From an uncultured Chloroflexota bacterium (GTDB lineage: Bacteria > Chloroflexota > UBA11872), in the NCBI GenBank assembly GCA_958296175.1, contig OY282448.1, positions 719,899-783,898 of the forward strand: a stretch of 64,000 nucleotides of DNA, in the 5' to 3' direction. This document shows, piece by piece, positions 9,753-19,337 of this stretch. Each line of letters opens with the position of its first letter. The stretch's first letter is position 1. Under the pieces are notes generated by a model. The model was given only the letters and a program-made list of their open reading frames with translations. It made no database searches and had not been told where the DNA came from. Made by a program: the position numbers and the translations under genes.

Positions 9753-10330
9753 GCGCCCGCCGGCGCGGGCGTGATGGCCAGGCGCCGGCCGTCGGCGTGC
9801 ACCATGGCGCCGCTGAGTCCCGCAACCGAGGGGCCGCGCAGGTCGAAGCTGAACCGGCCGGCGGCGTCGCGCCGCGGGTCGCGCCGCCGCACGTCCAAGA
9901 CGGCCAGCTGCACGTCCTCGCTGCGCACGCGCAGGCCGCCGCCGCCCGCGAGGCGCGTGAGCACCACCTCGCCGCGCACCTGAATCTCGTTTTCCAGCGC
10001 GGCCTCGGGGTCCAGCAGCAGCACGTACCCGTCGAACTGGATGGTCAGGTCGGTTCCATCCTCGGCGGCGCGGCGGCGCACGGTGGCCGTGCCGCGGCTG
10101 CCGTCCACCACGCGCGTGCCTTCCGCGTCGGCGGCTTTGGGTTCGATCTCCGCTTCGATGACGCGCGCGACCAGCGTGCGAAGCAACCGGCCCGCCCGCT
10201 CTTCCTCCGAGAGCAGCGGGCCGTCGGGCGGCGCCGCGTCGGGCAGCGCGCCGGGGTCGACGGCGTTCACCGCCAGCGCGGCCGCCAGCAGCGCCGTGGC
10301 CAGACCCAGCAGCAGCCAGAACCGGTTCAC
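9749..10330 (-). CDS. hypothetical exported or membrane-anchored protein
   Basis: Frame of ORF 9749..10420. N-terminal hydrophobic anchor VNRFWLLLGLATALLAAALAVNAV. Start assigned to GTG 10330; ATG 10420 is the alternative. Confidence 0.45.
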   Translation of the reverse strand: MNRFWLLLGLATALLAAALAVNAVDPGALPDAAPPDGPLLSEEERAGRLLRTLVARVIEAEIEPKAADAEGTRVVDGSRGTATVRRRAAEDGTDLTIQFDGYVLLLDPEAALENEIQVRGEVVLTRLAGGGGLRVRSEDVQLAVLDVRRRDPRRDAAGRFSFDLRGPSVAGLSGAMVHADGRRLAITPAPAGA

Positions 10331-10589
10331 CCGCCCCGGTCCGACCCCAGCTCGTGAACCAGCGCCGCCGCGCGCAGCAAGCCTTCCGCCATCTGACTGC
10401 GGCCCGCGTTGTGCACGCACACGAAGACGACCAGCGGCGCTCGGTCTGGACCGCGGCTGCCGGCGTCGGCCATTGGGCTGAGGTCAGGAACCATTGGACT
10501 GGAGTCCGGAGAGCGCAGGCGCGTCTGGTCTCTATCTTAGGCCCGTCACGACCGCCCGCGCCTCAGGCGCAAAGAACCGCCGCCGCCGC

Positions 10590-10735
10590 CCCTGCCCCTG
10601 CTCCCGCGCCCGTCGTCTTTCCCCTCTCCCCGCGCCTACGGAGCCAGTGCCTTCGTTTCCTTGCGCGCCGCCGCCGTCTTTCCCCTCTCCCCGCGCCGGC
10701 GGGGAGAGGGTTAGGGTGAGGGGCCCCCTTCGCCC
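10590..10735. repeat. GC-rich palindromic repeat element (family with GGGAGAGGG / CCCTCTCCC core), locus 1
   Basis: tctttcccctctccccgcgcc occurs twice, followed by ggcggggagagggttagggtgagggg. The same family is seen at 19150, 29073, 47242 and 50890-51170. Confidence 0.6.
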
Positions 10736-10784
10736 CACGGCGGGGGGGGGGGACGATCGGGCAGCTTCGGCGCGCGGCCGCCGC

Positions 10785-11852
10785 CTAGTGGTGCACCACC
10801 ACCGGCGTGCCGTGGTCGCAGAAGTTCCAGGCCCAGCGCGAGTCGTCCAGGCGCAGGTTCACGCAGCCCGCGCTGCGTGTCTGGCCGAATTCGTCGTGCC
10901 AGTAGGCGTAGTGAAACCCGATCCAGCGTTCGGTGAAGTACTGAATGTGCTGGATGTCGTCCAGGTCGTATTCGGCCGCGGTGCTGCCGTTGGACACCAT
11001 GCGGGCGCGCGGCACGCGCATGAAGATGCGGTAGCTGCCGCTCGGCGTGTAGTCGGGGTAGACCCCGGTCGAGGTGGCGGCCTGCCGCACCGGCGTATCG
11101 CCGTCGAAGAACGTCACCACCTGGCGCGTGAGGTCCACCTGTGCGCGGCGGTCGGCCGGCGGGCCGTACAGCGGGTCGAGCGCCTGCAGGTCCACCACGG
11201 GCGCGTGCCGCGCGCGCGGGACCGGCGCCATGGGCACGCCCCGCCGGTTGGCCTCCATGATTCCGAGCGGAAGCTGGCTGACGCGGCTGCCGGCCGAGAC
11301 CAGCACCGCGCGGCCAAAGACTTGCCAGAGCGCGTTCGCCCCCTCCACCGCCGGCGCCAGCGGATAGCCGAACCGGAAGACCCCGCCGCTCTCGCGGTGG
11401 TAGGGCCAGAGATCGGGATGCGCGGCCACGCCGGTCTGGCGGAAGTACTGGCCGGGCTGCGGCGCGGACGGCGTCGGCCGCCGGGACACGTAGGCGCGGC
11501 CGATTTCGACCGGAACGACCCCCAGCGGTTCGCGCGAGGTGGGCGCCAGCTCCAGCGCCCCGCGCTCGAAGAACTGCACGCGCCGGCTCCCGAGGCGCAC
11601 CTGCTCGGTCACCGGCCAGCCGATGCCTTCCTCGCGGCCGTATTGCAGCCACCACACCAGCATCGGGCCGCCAAGGTGATGGCCCTGGTCCGGCAGATAG
11701 ATCACCGGCTGGGGCGCGTCGGCCTCGGGCGTGTCGGCGCGGGCGACGCCGGCGCCCACGCTTATGGAGGCGCCGACCGCCGCCAACAGGCGCGTCAGGA
11801 ACGCGCGGCGGGACGGGTTGGAACTCGAAGACAACGAAGGAACAGACACCAA
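10785..11852 (-). CDS. L,D-transpeptidase (YkuD domain) with Tat-type signal peptide
   Basis: C-terminal YRIFMRVP...HIQYFTERWIGFHYAYWHDEFGQTRSAGCVNLRLDD (catalytic His/Cys). N-terminal SRRAFLTRLLAAVGASISVGAGVARA. Start assigned to in-frame TTG/GTG at 11852/11849 after GGGAGA. Confidence 0.8.
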   Translation of the reverse strand: MVSVPSLSSSSNPSRRAFLTRLLAAVGASISVGAGVARADTPEADAPQPVIYLPDQGHHLGGPMLVWWLQYGREEGIGWPVTEQVRLGSRRVQFFERGALELAPTSREPLGVVPVEIGRAYVSRRPTPSAPQPGQYFRQTGVAAHPDLWPYHRESGGVFRFGYPLAPAVEGANALWQVFGRAVLVSAGSRVSQLPLGIMEANRRGVPMAPVPRARHAPVVDLQALDPLYGPPADRRAQVDLTRQVVTFFDGDTPVRQAATSTGVYPDYTPSGSYRIFMRVPRARMVSNGSTAAEYDLDDIQHIQYFTERWIGFHYAYWHDEFGQTRSAGCVNLRLDDSRWAWNFCDHGTPVVVHH

Positions 11853-12166
11853 GCCAGTCTCCCGGCGAGGCCGGCCTCCCACGATCTCGCAAAACGACGG
11901 CGCTCCATCAGCGCCGCCACGCTCATAGTACGCCAACGCCCCGCCAGCGCAAGGGGGGGGCATATCGACCTCGGCTCCTCCGCCGCCGTCGCCCGCCCAG
12001 GAGGGGTCCGTTGCAACACCCGTCGTTCCGACCCCGTATCGAGTACAGGCGGGCTGTTGCCGGAACGCCGGGGTTCGCCCAGGTCTCAGAGGGAGCGGGG
12101 CGGTGGAAAAGAACCTGGCGGGGGAATGCGGCGGCGCGGGGCGGGGGCGCCGAGGGGCGCCCGTGG

Positions 12167-13300
12167 TCAGCGGGTGTTCGAAGGCGCGGGGTCGGGGAGC
12201 CGCTCTTGGGCCCAGGCCAGGATGTCGGGGTTCAGCAGGAACTCGACGTCGGCGTCGGCGCGCATGGTTTGCAGCCAGCGGTCGAAGGTTGCGTTGCGGC
12301 GGCGGTCGGCGGTCTCGGGAGCGAGGCCGCGGGACGCGGCGCGTTCGTGAACCAGGATGACGTGCCAGCCCAGCGGCGTCTCCACGGGCCGGCTGCGGGT
12401 TCCGGGCCGCAGCTCGAAGGCCGCCTGGTCCCAGACCTCCGGCATGAGGCCGCGCGGCAGCCAGCCAAGGTCGCCGCCGTCCGGCGCGCTGTCGTCGATG
12501 GATACCTGCTCGGCCACCAGCGCGAAGGGCTGGAGCGCCTTCAAGCGGGCGACCACGGTTTCGGCCTGGTCCTCGGCGGCGGTCACGATCTGCGCGGCGC
12601 GAATCTGTTCGGGCGCCGGGTCGAGCTCCGACGCCAGCCGCTCGGCCACCGCGGCGGCCAGCGCGCGGTCGGCGATGACGCCGCGAATGGTGTCGGCGCC
12701 GAGCCCGGTCTGGTCACGCACGCGCGCAAAGGCCTGCTCGAACGAGGCGTCGTCCTGTTGGCCGCCAACCACGCGCACGAACTCGGCCAGGGCCGCGTCC
12801 ACGTCGGCGTCGGAGACCTCGACCTGCATCTCCAGCGCCGCGGGGCGCACGACCTCCGCGGCGACCAGATCGGTTACGGCCCCGAAGGTCAGCGTGGCCA
12901 GCTGCGATTGCAGCTCGTCCGGCGCGGCGGCGCCGGCGGCAGTTGGCGCGGCGGCGATGCGCCGCCGCAGTTCCAGCCCGCGCAGCGCCAGGTAGTCCGC
13001 ATAGCGCGCGGCGGTGATTGGTTCGCCGTTCACGATGGCGACCGGTTCGGCGGGCCGCGCAACCAGCTCGCCGTAGAGCGACGCGCCGATCAAGGCGCCG
13101 GTGACGGCCGCCAGCAGCGCGGCGGCGGCGATCAGGGACTTGGCGGCGGCGGCGCGGCGCAGGGAGGGCCGCTGCTCGCGCCAGTCGCGCAGCGCGGCGG
13201 GCAGGTCGCGCCACGCCAGGCTGACGCTGGCGCGTTGGCGGGCGGCGCGGCGGCGGTCGCGGGCGGCGCGGCGGCGTTGGGCGTGCGTGCGCGGCGGCAT
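12167..13300 (-). CDS. PpiC/parvulin-type peptidyl-prolyl cis-trans isomerase (SurA/PrsA-like), membrane anchored
   Basis: 377 aa. Arg-rich N-terminus, TM helix SLIAAAALLAAVTGALIGASLYG, and C-terminal parvulin motif GDLGWLPRGLMPEVWDQAAFELRPG...TPLGWHVILVHE. Confidence 0.75.
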   Translation of the reverse strand: MPPRTHAQRRRAARDRRRAARQRASVSLAWRDLPAALRDWREQRPSLRRAAAAKSLIAAAALLAAVTGALIGASLYGELVARPAEPVAIVNGEPITAARYADYLALRGLELRRRIAAAPTAAGAAAPDELQSQLATLTFGAVTDLVAAEVVRPAALEMQVEVSDADVDAALAEFVRVVGGQQDDASFEQAFARVRDQTGLGADTIRGVIADRALAAAVAERLASELDPAPEQIRAAQIVTAAEDQAETVVARLKALQPFALVAEQVSIDDSAPDGGDLGWLPRGLMPEVWDQAAFELRPGTRSRPVETPLGWHVILVHERAASRGLAPETADRRRNATFDRWLQTMRADADVEFLLNPDILAWAQERLPDPAPSNTR

Positions 13301-13318
13301 CCGCGCGAAGGTCTGGCG

Positions 13319-13654
13319 CTAGCCGCGCAGGCGGCGGCGCACCACGTAGGGCAGCAGGCCCAGATAGCGGGCGCGCTTGATGGCGATGGCCAGCTTGCGC
13401 TGATTCTTGGCCGTGATGCCCGTCTTGCGGCGCGACTCGATGCGGCCCGTGTCGGCGATGAAGCGCCGCAGCAGCATGGCGTTCTTGTAGTCGATGGGTT
13501 CGCCGGTCTGATTGAAGTAGTCGCCGCGGCGCCGGAACCCGCGGCCGCGGCCGCGCCCACGGCCGCCCGGCCGCGGGCGTCCGCCCGACCCGCCGCCGCC
13601 CGACGGCGGCCGCTGGCTGCTTTCCGTTGTTCCGGTGGGTCTGTCGGTGGCCAT
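13319..13654 (-). CDS. rpsR: 30S ribosomal protein S18
   Basis: [50 protein letters not shown] is the S18 signature. Gly/Arg-rich N-terminal extension. Confidence 0.9.
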   Translation of the reverse strand: MATDRPTGTTESSQRPPSGGGGSGGRPRPGGRGRGRGRGFRRRGDYFNQTGEPIDYKNAMLLRRFIADTGRIESRRKTGITAKNQRKLAIAIKRARYLGLLPYVVRRRLRG

Positions 13655-13681
13655 GGCGTCCGTCCTGGGTGCTGGTGCGCG

Positions 13682-14188
13682 CTAAAAGGGCAGGTCGTCG
13701 GGGGAAATGTCGCCCTGGTCCGCCGCCGGGCGGTTGCCGCTCTGGTTGTCTGGGCGTCCGCCGCCGTCGGAGCGTGCCTCGTCGCGGTCACCGTACGACC
13801 CGCCGCCGTCACCGCCGCTCGAGCGGCTGCCCAGCATCATCATGTCGCGCGCGATCAGCTCGGTGGTGGTGCGGTCGTTGCCTTCGCGGTCTTGCCACTG
13901 GCGCGTTTCCAGCCGTCCTTCGATGTAGACCTGGGAACCGCGGCGGAGGTATTCGTTGGCGATCTCGGCAAGCCGCCTCCAGGCCACGATGCGGAACCAC
14001 TCGGTGCGCTCGCGCGCCTCCCCGTCGCGGCCTTGCCAACTGTCATTGACCGCCACGCTGAAGTTGGTGACGGGCGTGCCGTCCTGCGTGAAGCGCATCT
14101 CAGGGTCGCGCCCCAGGTTGCCGATGATCTGGACTTTGTTGAGGCCGCGCGAGCGGCCGCGCCGCTGTTGCCCGCTCTCGTTCGTCAA
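13682..14188 (-). CDS. ssb: single-stranded DNA-binding protein
   Basis: OB-fold LNKVQIIGNLGRDPEMRFTQDGTPVTNFSVAVN...WFRIVAWRRLAEI..YIEGRLETRQW, a Gly-rich linker and an acidic DDLPF tail. Confidence 0.9.
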   Translation of the reverse strand: MTNESGQQRRGRSRGLNKVQIIGNLGRDPEMRFTQDGTPVTNFSVAVNDSWQGRDGEARERTEWFRIVAWRRLAEIANEYLRRGSQVYIEGRLETRQWQDREGNDRTTTELIARDMMMLGSRSSGGDGGGSYGDRDEARSDGGGRPDNQSGNRPAADQGDISPDDLPF

Positions 14189-14523
14189 CGGTGCGCCTCC
14201 GCCAGCTGCTTGGCCTCGTAGGCGGCCACATCGGGGTCTTCGGCCACGATCAGGAAGCGCGTCACGTCTTCCAGCAGCCGCAGCGAGCGCTCCAGCTCGG
14301 CAACGTTGGCCGGGTCGATGGTGAATTTCAAGAGCACGTAGTGCCCCTCGTTCTGATTCTCGATCGGGTAGGCAAACTTGCGGCGGCCCCAGGCGTTGGC
14401 CGTGTCCACCTCGCCGCCCTGGACGCTGATGCGCTCGGTGACGGCGTCAATGTGGGCGGCGGTGAGCTCGGGGACCTGGCCGACCCCAAAGATCACCACG
14501 AGTTCGTAACTGCGCACGGCCAT
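14185..14523 (-). CDS. rpsF: 30S ribosomal protein S6
   Basis: RSYELVVIF...EVDTANAWGRRKFAYPIENQNEGHYVLLKF is the S6 signature. Stop overlaps the ssb start (ATGA). Confidence 0.9.
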   Translation of the reverse strand: MAVRSYELVVIFGVGQVPELTAAHIDAVTERISVQGGEVDTANAWGRRKFAYPIENQNEGHYVLLKFTIDPANVAELERSLRLLEDVTRFLIVAEDPDVAAYEAKQLAEAHR

Positions 14524-14761
14524 GTCGTTTCCAGAAGTCTAGCTGCGCCGCGGGGCGCAGAGTTCCAACTCCGCTGAGCTGCGGACGGCAACTCTAGCAT
14601 AGGACACGCGCGGGGAGGATGCGTGGACCGTGCCTGGCTGCCGGGGGATTGGCGGGCAGCGCGGCGGCAGGCGGGAACGGCGGCGTGTTCGCGCGGTGCA
14701 CAATGGAGGAGCAGAGGGGCGGCTGGGCGGCGATGGCCGGGGCGGCGGATAGGAGACCGAG

Positions 14762-15712
14762 GTGAAGGCGCTGCTGCTGGGCGCGGCGGCGGTCGGCGCG
14801 TGGCTGGCGCTGCGGGGGCGGCCGCCCCCATTCGAGATCACCGCGCATCTCGAGGACGGCCGCCGGACCCCAACCAGCGACGGCCGCTTGTACAGCCGCG
14901 CGTTCGGCGCGGGGGCGGACGTGCTGATGCTGCCCGGCTTCTGCGGCAACACGCGCACCTGGGAGTTCGTGACCCCGCGCCTGGCGCGTGAGTTCCGAGT
15001 GCACTGGCTCGACCTGCTGGGCCACGGGCTGTCCGACAAGCCCGCCGCCGCCCGCTACGACGCCGCCGCGCACGCCGCGCGCGTGATCGAGTGGATGGAC
15101 GCCCAGCGGCTGGCGCGCACAGTCGTGGCGGCCAGTTCGGCCGGGGCGCAGACGGCGGTCAGGCTGGCGGCGGATTACCCGGCGCGCGTGGGCGGTCTGC
15201 TGCTGGTCAGCCCGTTTCTGGTTGCCAACCTCCAGCTGCGCCTGGCCGTCTGGCTGTTGCGCGCGCTGCCCGGCCCCACGGGCATGCTGGCGCAGCGGCT
15301 CTATGCGCAACGCTGGTACGTGCGCCTGGGGCAGATGCTGGGCCGCTGCGACGCCTGGGGGACGACCAGCGCCGACGTGGATCGGCAATACCTGACCTTC
15401 GGCACGCCGGGGTTCCTGGAGGCGCTGCCGGCCATGCTGGCCGGCGTGGACCCGCTGGCGCACGACCAGGCGATTGCGCGGACCGCCTGCCCCGTGCTGA
15501 CGATCATCGGCGAGACCGACCGGGTCGCGGCCTACGACCTGGCCCTGGGGCTGGTCGGGCGCTTTGCCGACGCCGAGCTGCGCGTCATTCCACAGACGGG
15601 CCACCTGCCGCACGAGGAGGCGCCCGACGCCTTTCTGGAACGCGCCGCGCCCTTCCTGGCGCGCACGGCCTGCGCCGCGGCCGCTGGGGGGCAGCCGCGG
15701 CGGAGCGCCTGA
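14762..15712 (+). CDS. alpha/beta-hydrolase fold protein
   Basis: GTG 14762 after GGAGAC. HGLSD, nucleophile elbow AASSAGA (GxSxG variant) and C-terminal PQTGHLPHEE. Confidence 0.75.
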   Translation: MKALLLGAAAVGAWLALRGRPPPFEITAHLEDGRRTPTSDGRLYSRAFGAGADVLMLPGFCGNTRTWEFVTPRLAREFRVHWLDLLGHGLSDKPAAARYDAAAHAARVIEWMDAQRLARTVVAASSAGAQTAVRLAADYPARVGGLLLVSPFLVANLQLRLAVWLLRALPGPTGMLAQRLYAQRWYVRLGQMLGRCDAWGTTSADVDRQYLTFGTPGFLEALPAMLAGVDPLAHDQAIARTACPVLTIIGETDRVAAYDLALGLVGRFADAELRVIPQTGHLPHEEAPDAFLERAAPFLARTACAAAAGGQPRRSA

Positions 15713-15736
15713 GCGGCCGGTGGAGCGGCGGCGGCG

Positions 15737-16414
15737 GTGAGCGGCCTGGCGGCGCTGGCGTGCGCCGTGCACGGCTGCCGCCGCTGTCCGCGGTTGACGG
15801 CCTGGCGCGAGGAGGTTGCGCGCGTGAAGCGCGCCGCGTATCGAGACGAGATCTACTGGGGGCGTCCCGTGGCGGGGTTTGGCGACCCGCAGGCGCGCGT
15901 GCTGCTGGTTGGGCTGGCGCCCGCGGCGCACGGCGGCAACCGCACCGGCCGGGTGTTCACGGGGGACCGGTCGGGGGACTTCCTGTTCGCGGCGCTGCAC
16001 CGCGCGGGGTTCGCCACCCAGGCGCGCAGCGAGCGGCGCGGCGACGGGCTGGCGCTGCGCGGCGCGTACCTGACGGCCATCGTGCGCTGCGCCCCGCCGG
16101 GCAACAAACCAACGGCCGCGGAGCGGGCCGCCTGCCAGCCTTGGCTGGATGCCGAACTCGATCTGCTTCCGCGGCTGCGCGTGCTGGTGGCGCTGGGCGG
16201 CGAGGCCTGGCGCCAGCTGCTGCGTCTGCTGCGCGACCGCGGCCAGTCCGTGCCGCGCCCGGCGCCCCCGTTCCGCCACGGGGCCGAAGCCGCGATCGGC
16301 GCTCGAACGCTGCTGGGCGCCTATCACCCCAGCCAGCAGAACACCTTCACCGGACGGCTGACGCCGCCGATGCTGGACGCGGTGCTGGCCCGCGCCCGCG
16401 AATTGGCCGAGTAA
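15737..16414 (+). CDS. uracil-DNA glycosylase, family 4/5 (UdgB-like, Fe-S cysteines)
   Basis: CAVHGCRRCPRL cysteine cluster. VLLVGLAPAAHGGNRTGRVFTGDRSGDFL matches the GLAPA motif of family 5. YHPSQQNTFTG at the C-terminus. Confidence 0.8.
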   Translation: MSGLAALACAVHGCRRCPRLTAWREEVARVKRAAYRDEIYWGRPVAGFGDPQARVLLVGLAPAAHGGNRTGRVFTGDRSGDFLFAALHRAGFATQARSERRGDGLALRGAYLTAIVRCAPPGNKPTAAERAACQPWLDAELDLLPRLRVLVALGGEAWRQLLRLLRDRGQSVPRPAPPFRHGAEAAIGARTLLGAYHPSQQNTFTGRLTPPMLDAVLARARELAE

Positions 16415-16507
16415 TCCGCGGCGAACCGCGGCTCTCGGTCCTCGGCTCCTCGCCGCAGGGAGACCTTTGCGTACCTCCCAGAAGAAGGGGCCGCCGGCGG
16501 CGCGCGG

Positions 16508-17293
16508 TCAGCTCGACGCGCTGGTGTAGTTCCGCAGGCCGAAGCGCCAGAAGCGCACGGCCGCCAGCAGGGCCGCGGCGGCGATCAGCGGGGCGGCCCA
16601 CAGCACCACCAGCGGCTCGCGCCCGGTGATGGTCTGGGCGGGCACGGTGGTGATGAAGGCGACGGGGAACACAAAGGTCAAGAGCTGCCGCAGCCAGAAC
16701 GGGTAGACCTCGACGGGGTAGCGGCCGGTCTCGAAGAACAGGTTGAAGATCATGGTGATGTTCTCGACGCGCACGAACCAGAACACCAGCGTGGTCAGCG
16801 CCAGCCAGATGGCGTAGACGATGGCGACGCCGGCGGTCATGGCGGCCGCGAAGACGGCGGCGCCGGCCAGGGTGACGTTCGCCTCCAGCCGGGCCAGGCC
16901 GACCCAGATCACGGCCGCGCCCAGCACCACGTCGCTGACGTGCCAGACGACGAAGCGGCGCGTGCTGGCCAGCAGCAGGGAGGGGGCAGGCTTGAGCAGC
17001 ATGTAGTCGAAAGTGCCTTCCCGGACTTCCTGCACGACCTTGTTGAGGCTGGGGCTTAGCACGGTGGAGACCAGGCCGTTGACCAGGTAATAGACGCCCA
17101 GCAGCACCAGGACCTGTTCCATCGTCCAGCCGCCCAGCACGCGGGTGTGCGCGAACACCACCGCCAGGCCGCCGATGGCCATGGCAATGCCGAGGGCGCT
17201 GCGGATTACGTTGCCCAGCAGCTCGCCGCGGTAGGCCGTCTCGTCCAGCAGGGCGGCGCGTCCGAACGCCCAGATCACCCGCGCCAGGCGCAT
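16508..17293 (-). CDS. ABC-2 family transporter permease
   Basis: Six predicted TM helices; frame of ORF 16508..17338; start ATG 17293 (MRLARVIW). Confidence 0.7.
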   Translation of the reverse strand: MRLARVIWAFGRAALLDETAYRGELLGNVIRSALGIAMAIGGLAVVFAHTRVLGGWTMEQVLVLLGVYYLVNGLVSTVLSPSLNKVVQEVREGTFDYMLLKPAPSLLLASTRRFVVWHVSDVVLGAAVIWVGLARLEANVTLAGAAVFAAAMTAGVAIVYAIWLALTTLVFWFVRVENITMIFNLFFETGRYPVEVYPFWLRQLLTFVFPVAFITTVPAQTITGREPLVVLWAAPLIAAAALLAAVRFWRFGLRNYTSASS

Positions 17294-17295
17294 GG

Positions 17296-18099
17296 TCAGG
17301 CGCCCACGGCTTCGTAGTGGCGGATGCCGGCGCGCCACACCAGCGCCACGATCACGGCGGCCGCGGCCACCCAGCCGGCTTGCAGCGCCAGGCCCAGGGC
17401 GACCTCACCGGGCGGCAGGCGGTTAAGCAGCACCTCGATCGGGAAGCCCAGCGTGTAGCGCATCGGCAGCGCGGCGGCGAGCTGGCCCATGACGCCGGGC
17501 AGCAGCTCGACAGGCGCCACCTGGCCGCCGAGCAGGAAGGTGAGACCCATCCAGATTTCCCAGGACGACCCGGAGCGGGTGGTCCAAAAAGCGAGCAAGG
17601 CGAACCCCGTGCCGGCCAGGAAGGACAGGAGCACGGCGCCGGCCAGCGACAGCATGAAGAGCGCGATGCTGGCGGGAGTGGCGCCAAACTCCGGGCGCAG
17701 CACCAGGAACAGCGCCGTCCAGATCGGAATCAGCAGCAGCACGGCCACGGCCTTGTAGGACAGGTTGCGGGCGGCCGCCACCCACACGGGATGCATGGGC
17801 CGCAGCAGGTGCGGCGAGAGCCGGCCGTACTGAATCATCGGCCCAAAGGTGTAAATCTCGATGGCGACCGTGAGATGCGACACGATCATGAACGTGAGGT
17901 AGTAGGCCGTGAAGTCGCTCTGCCGCAGGCCGCCGACGTCGCCTTCCCCCGCCACGGCGGACCACACGGCCATATAGACGATCGGGTGGATGAACCCCCA
18001 CAGCGCATAGAGAAACACCACCACGCGGTATTGCAGCATGTCGGCCATCTCGGCGCGCAGCATGGCCAGCGGGCCCGCCAGCCCCAGGCGGAACGTCAC
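17296..18099 (-). CDS. ABC-2 family transporter permease
   Basis: Polytopic membrane protein in the frame of ORF 17296..18813. Start GTG 18099 overlaps the stop of the ATPase gene (GTGA); ATG 18063 is the alternative. Confidence 0.65.
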   Translation of the reverse strand: MTFRLGLAGPLAMLRAEMADMLQYRVVVFLYALWGFIHPIVYMAVWSAVAGEGDVGGLRQSDFTAYYLTFMIVSHLTVAIEIYTFGPMIQYGRLSPHLLRPMHPVWVAAARNLSYKAVAVLLLIPIWTALFLVLRPEFGATPASIALFMLSLAGAVLLSFLAGTGFALLAFWTTRSGSSWEIWMGLTFLLGGQVAPVELLPGVMGQLAAALPMRYTLGFPIEVLLNRLPPGEVALGLALQAGWVAAAAVIVALVWRAGIRHYEAVGA

Positions 18100-19079
18100 G
18101 TCCGGTTTCCGCGGAACACCTGCTCGATGACTTCTTCCAGCGGGGGATCTTCGACGCTGAGGTCGGCAACGGGCAGACGGGCCAGCAGCTGGCCGGTGAC
18201 GGCCGGGGCTTCGTCTTTGCGCGTGCGCACGGTGACCTGCGCGCCCTCCTGGCTGACGATTTCGCCCAGGCCGCGCAGCTCGGCGGGGTCCACGGGCTGT
18301 TCCAGATGCACGGTGATGGTCTTGTGCGGCGCGTAGCGTTCGGCCAGGCCGTGCAGGGCGCCGTCGTAGAGCAAGCGCCCGCGGTCGATCACGATGACAC
18401 GCTGCGCCAGGGCTTTTACGTCGGCCATGTAGTGGCTGGTCAGCAGCACGGTGGCGCCGGTTTCGGCGTTGTAACGCGCCACGAACGCGCGGATGCGCTG
18501 CTGCATGGTCACGTCCAGCCCAATCGTCGGCTCGTCCAGGAACAGCACGCGCGGGCCGTGCAGCAGGCCGGCGGCCAGCTCCACTTTCATGCGCTCGCCC
18601 AGCGACAGTTGGCGCACGGGCTTGGTCAGCAGGCCGTCCAGCTCCAGCAGCTCCGTCAGCAGGCCAACCGTGCGGCGGAAGACGGCGTCGTCGATCCCGA
18701 ACACCGCCTTGTTGACCTGAAACGAATCGCCGGCCGGCAGGTCCCAGAACAGTTGCTGGCGCTGGCCCATGATGAGAGTGATGCGCGCGAGGAAGTCGGC
18801 GCGGCGGTCCCAAGGCGTGAATCCCAGCACGTCCACGCGGCCGTGGGTGGGGTGCAGCAAGCCGCTGAGCACCTTGAGCGAGGTGGTCTTGCCCGCACCG
18901 TTCGGCCCCAGGAAGCCCACGATCTCGCCCGGCGCCACCTCGAACGAGATGCCGTCCACCGCGCGCACCAGACGGCGGCGGCGGCGCCAGACGCTGCGCA
19001 GCGAGGCGCGCAGGCCGGCGCCGCGCTCGGGCACCACGTAATGCTTGACCAGCCCATGCACGCGGATGTCGGGAGGCAT
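18096..19079 (-). CDS. ABC transporter ATP-binding protein
   Basis: Walker A GPNGAGKTT, signature LSLGERMKV, Walker B VLFLDEPTIGLD. Confidence 0.9.
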   Translation of the reverse strand: MPPDIRVHGLVKHYVVPERGAGLRASLRSVWRRRRRLVRAVDGISFEVAPGEIVGFLGPNGAGKTTSLKVLSGLLHPTHGRVDVLGFTPWDRRADFLARITLIMGQRQQLFWDLPAGDSFQVNKAVFGIDDAVFRRTVGLLTELLELDGLLTKPVRQLSLGERMKVELAAGLLHGPRVLFLDEPTIGLDVTMQQRIRAFVARYNAETGATVLLTSHYMADVKALAQRVIVIDRGRLLYDGALHGLAERYAPHKTITVHLEQPVDPAELRGLGEIVSQEGAQVTVRTRKDEAPAVTGQLLARLPVADLSVEDPPLEEVIEQVFRGNRT

Positions 19080-19149
19080 GCGTTCATGCTAGCGATTCGG
19101 CGCGGCGGCGGAGGGGGAGGGGGCTCTGCTCTGTGCCTGGCTTTCCGCG

Positions 19150-19195
19150 GCCCCCCTCACCCCGACCCTCTCCCTGGAGGGAGAGGGGGAAGACG
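19150..19195. repeat. palindromic repeat element, locus 2 (ccctcaccccgaccctctccctggagggagaggggga)
   Basis: Same core as loci 1, 3, 4 and 5. Sits in the divergent promoter region between the ABC ATPase and the Trx-NHL gene. Confidence 0.6.
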
Positions 19196-19337
19196 GGGAT
19201 ATCTCTAGGGTGATCGTCGGCGTGGTGACGGGTCTGGTCTCCAGGGCGAGGGGGAAGAAGGAGGGGTCTCTCTAGGGGGCGCGGGGGAAATCACGTGCGG
19301 CGTGTCACACTCGGGGGATTCGACTGGGAGGCCCGCC

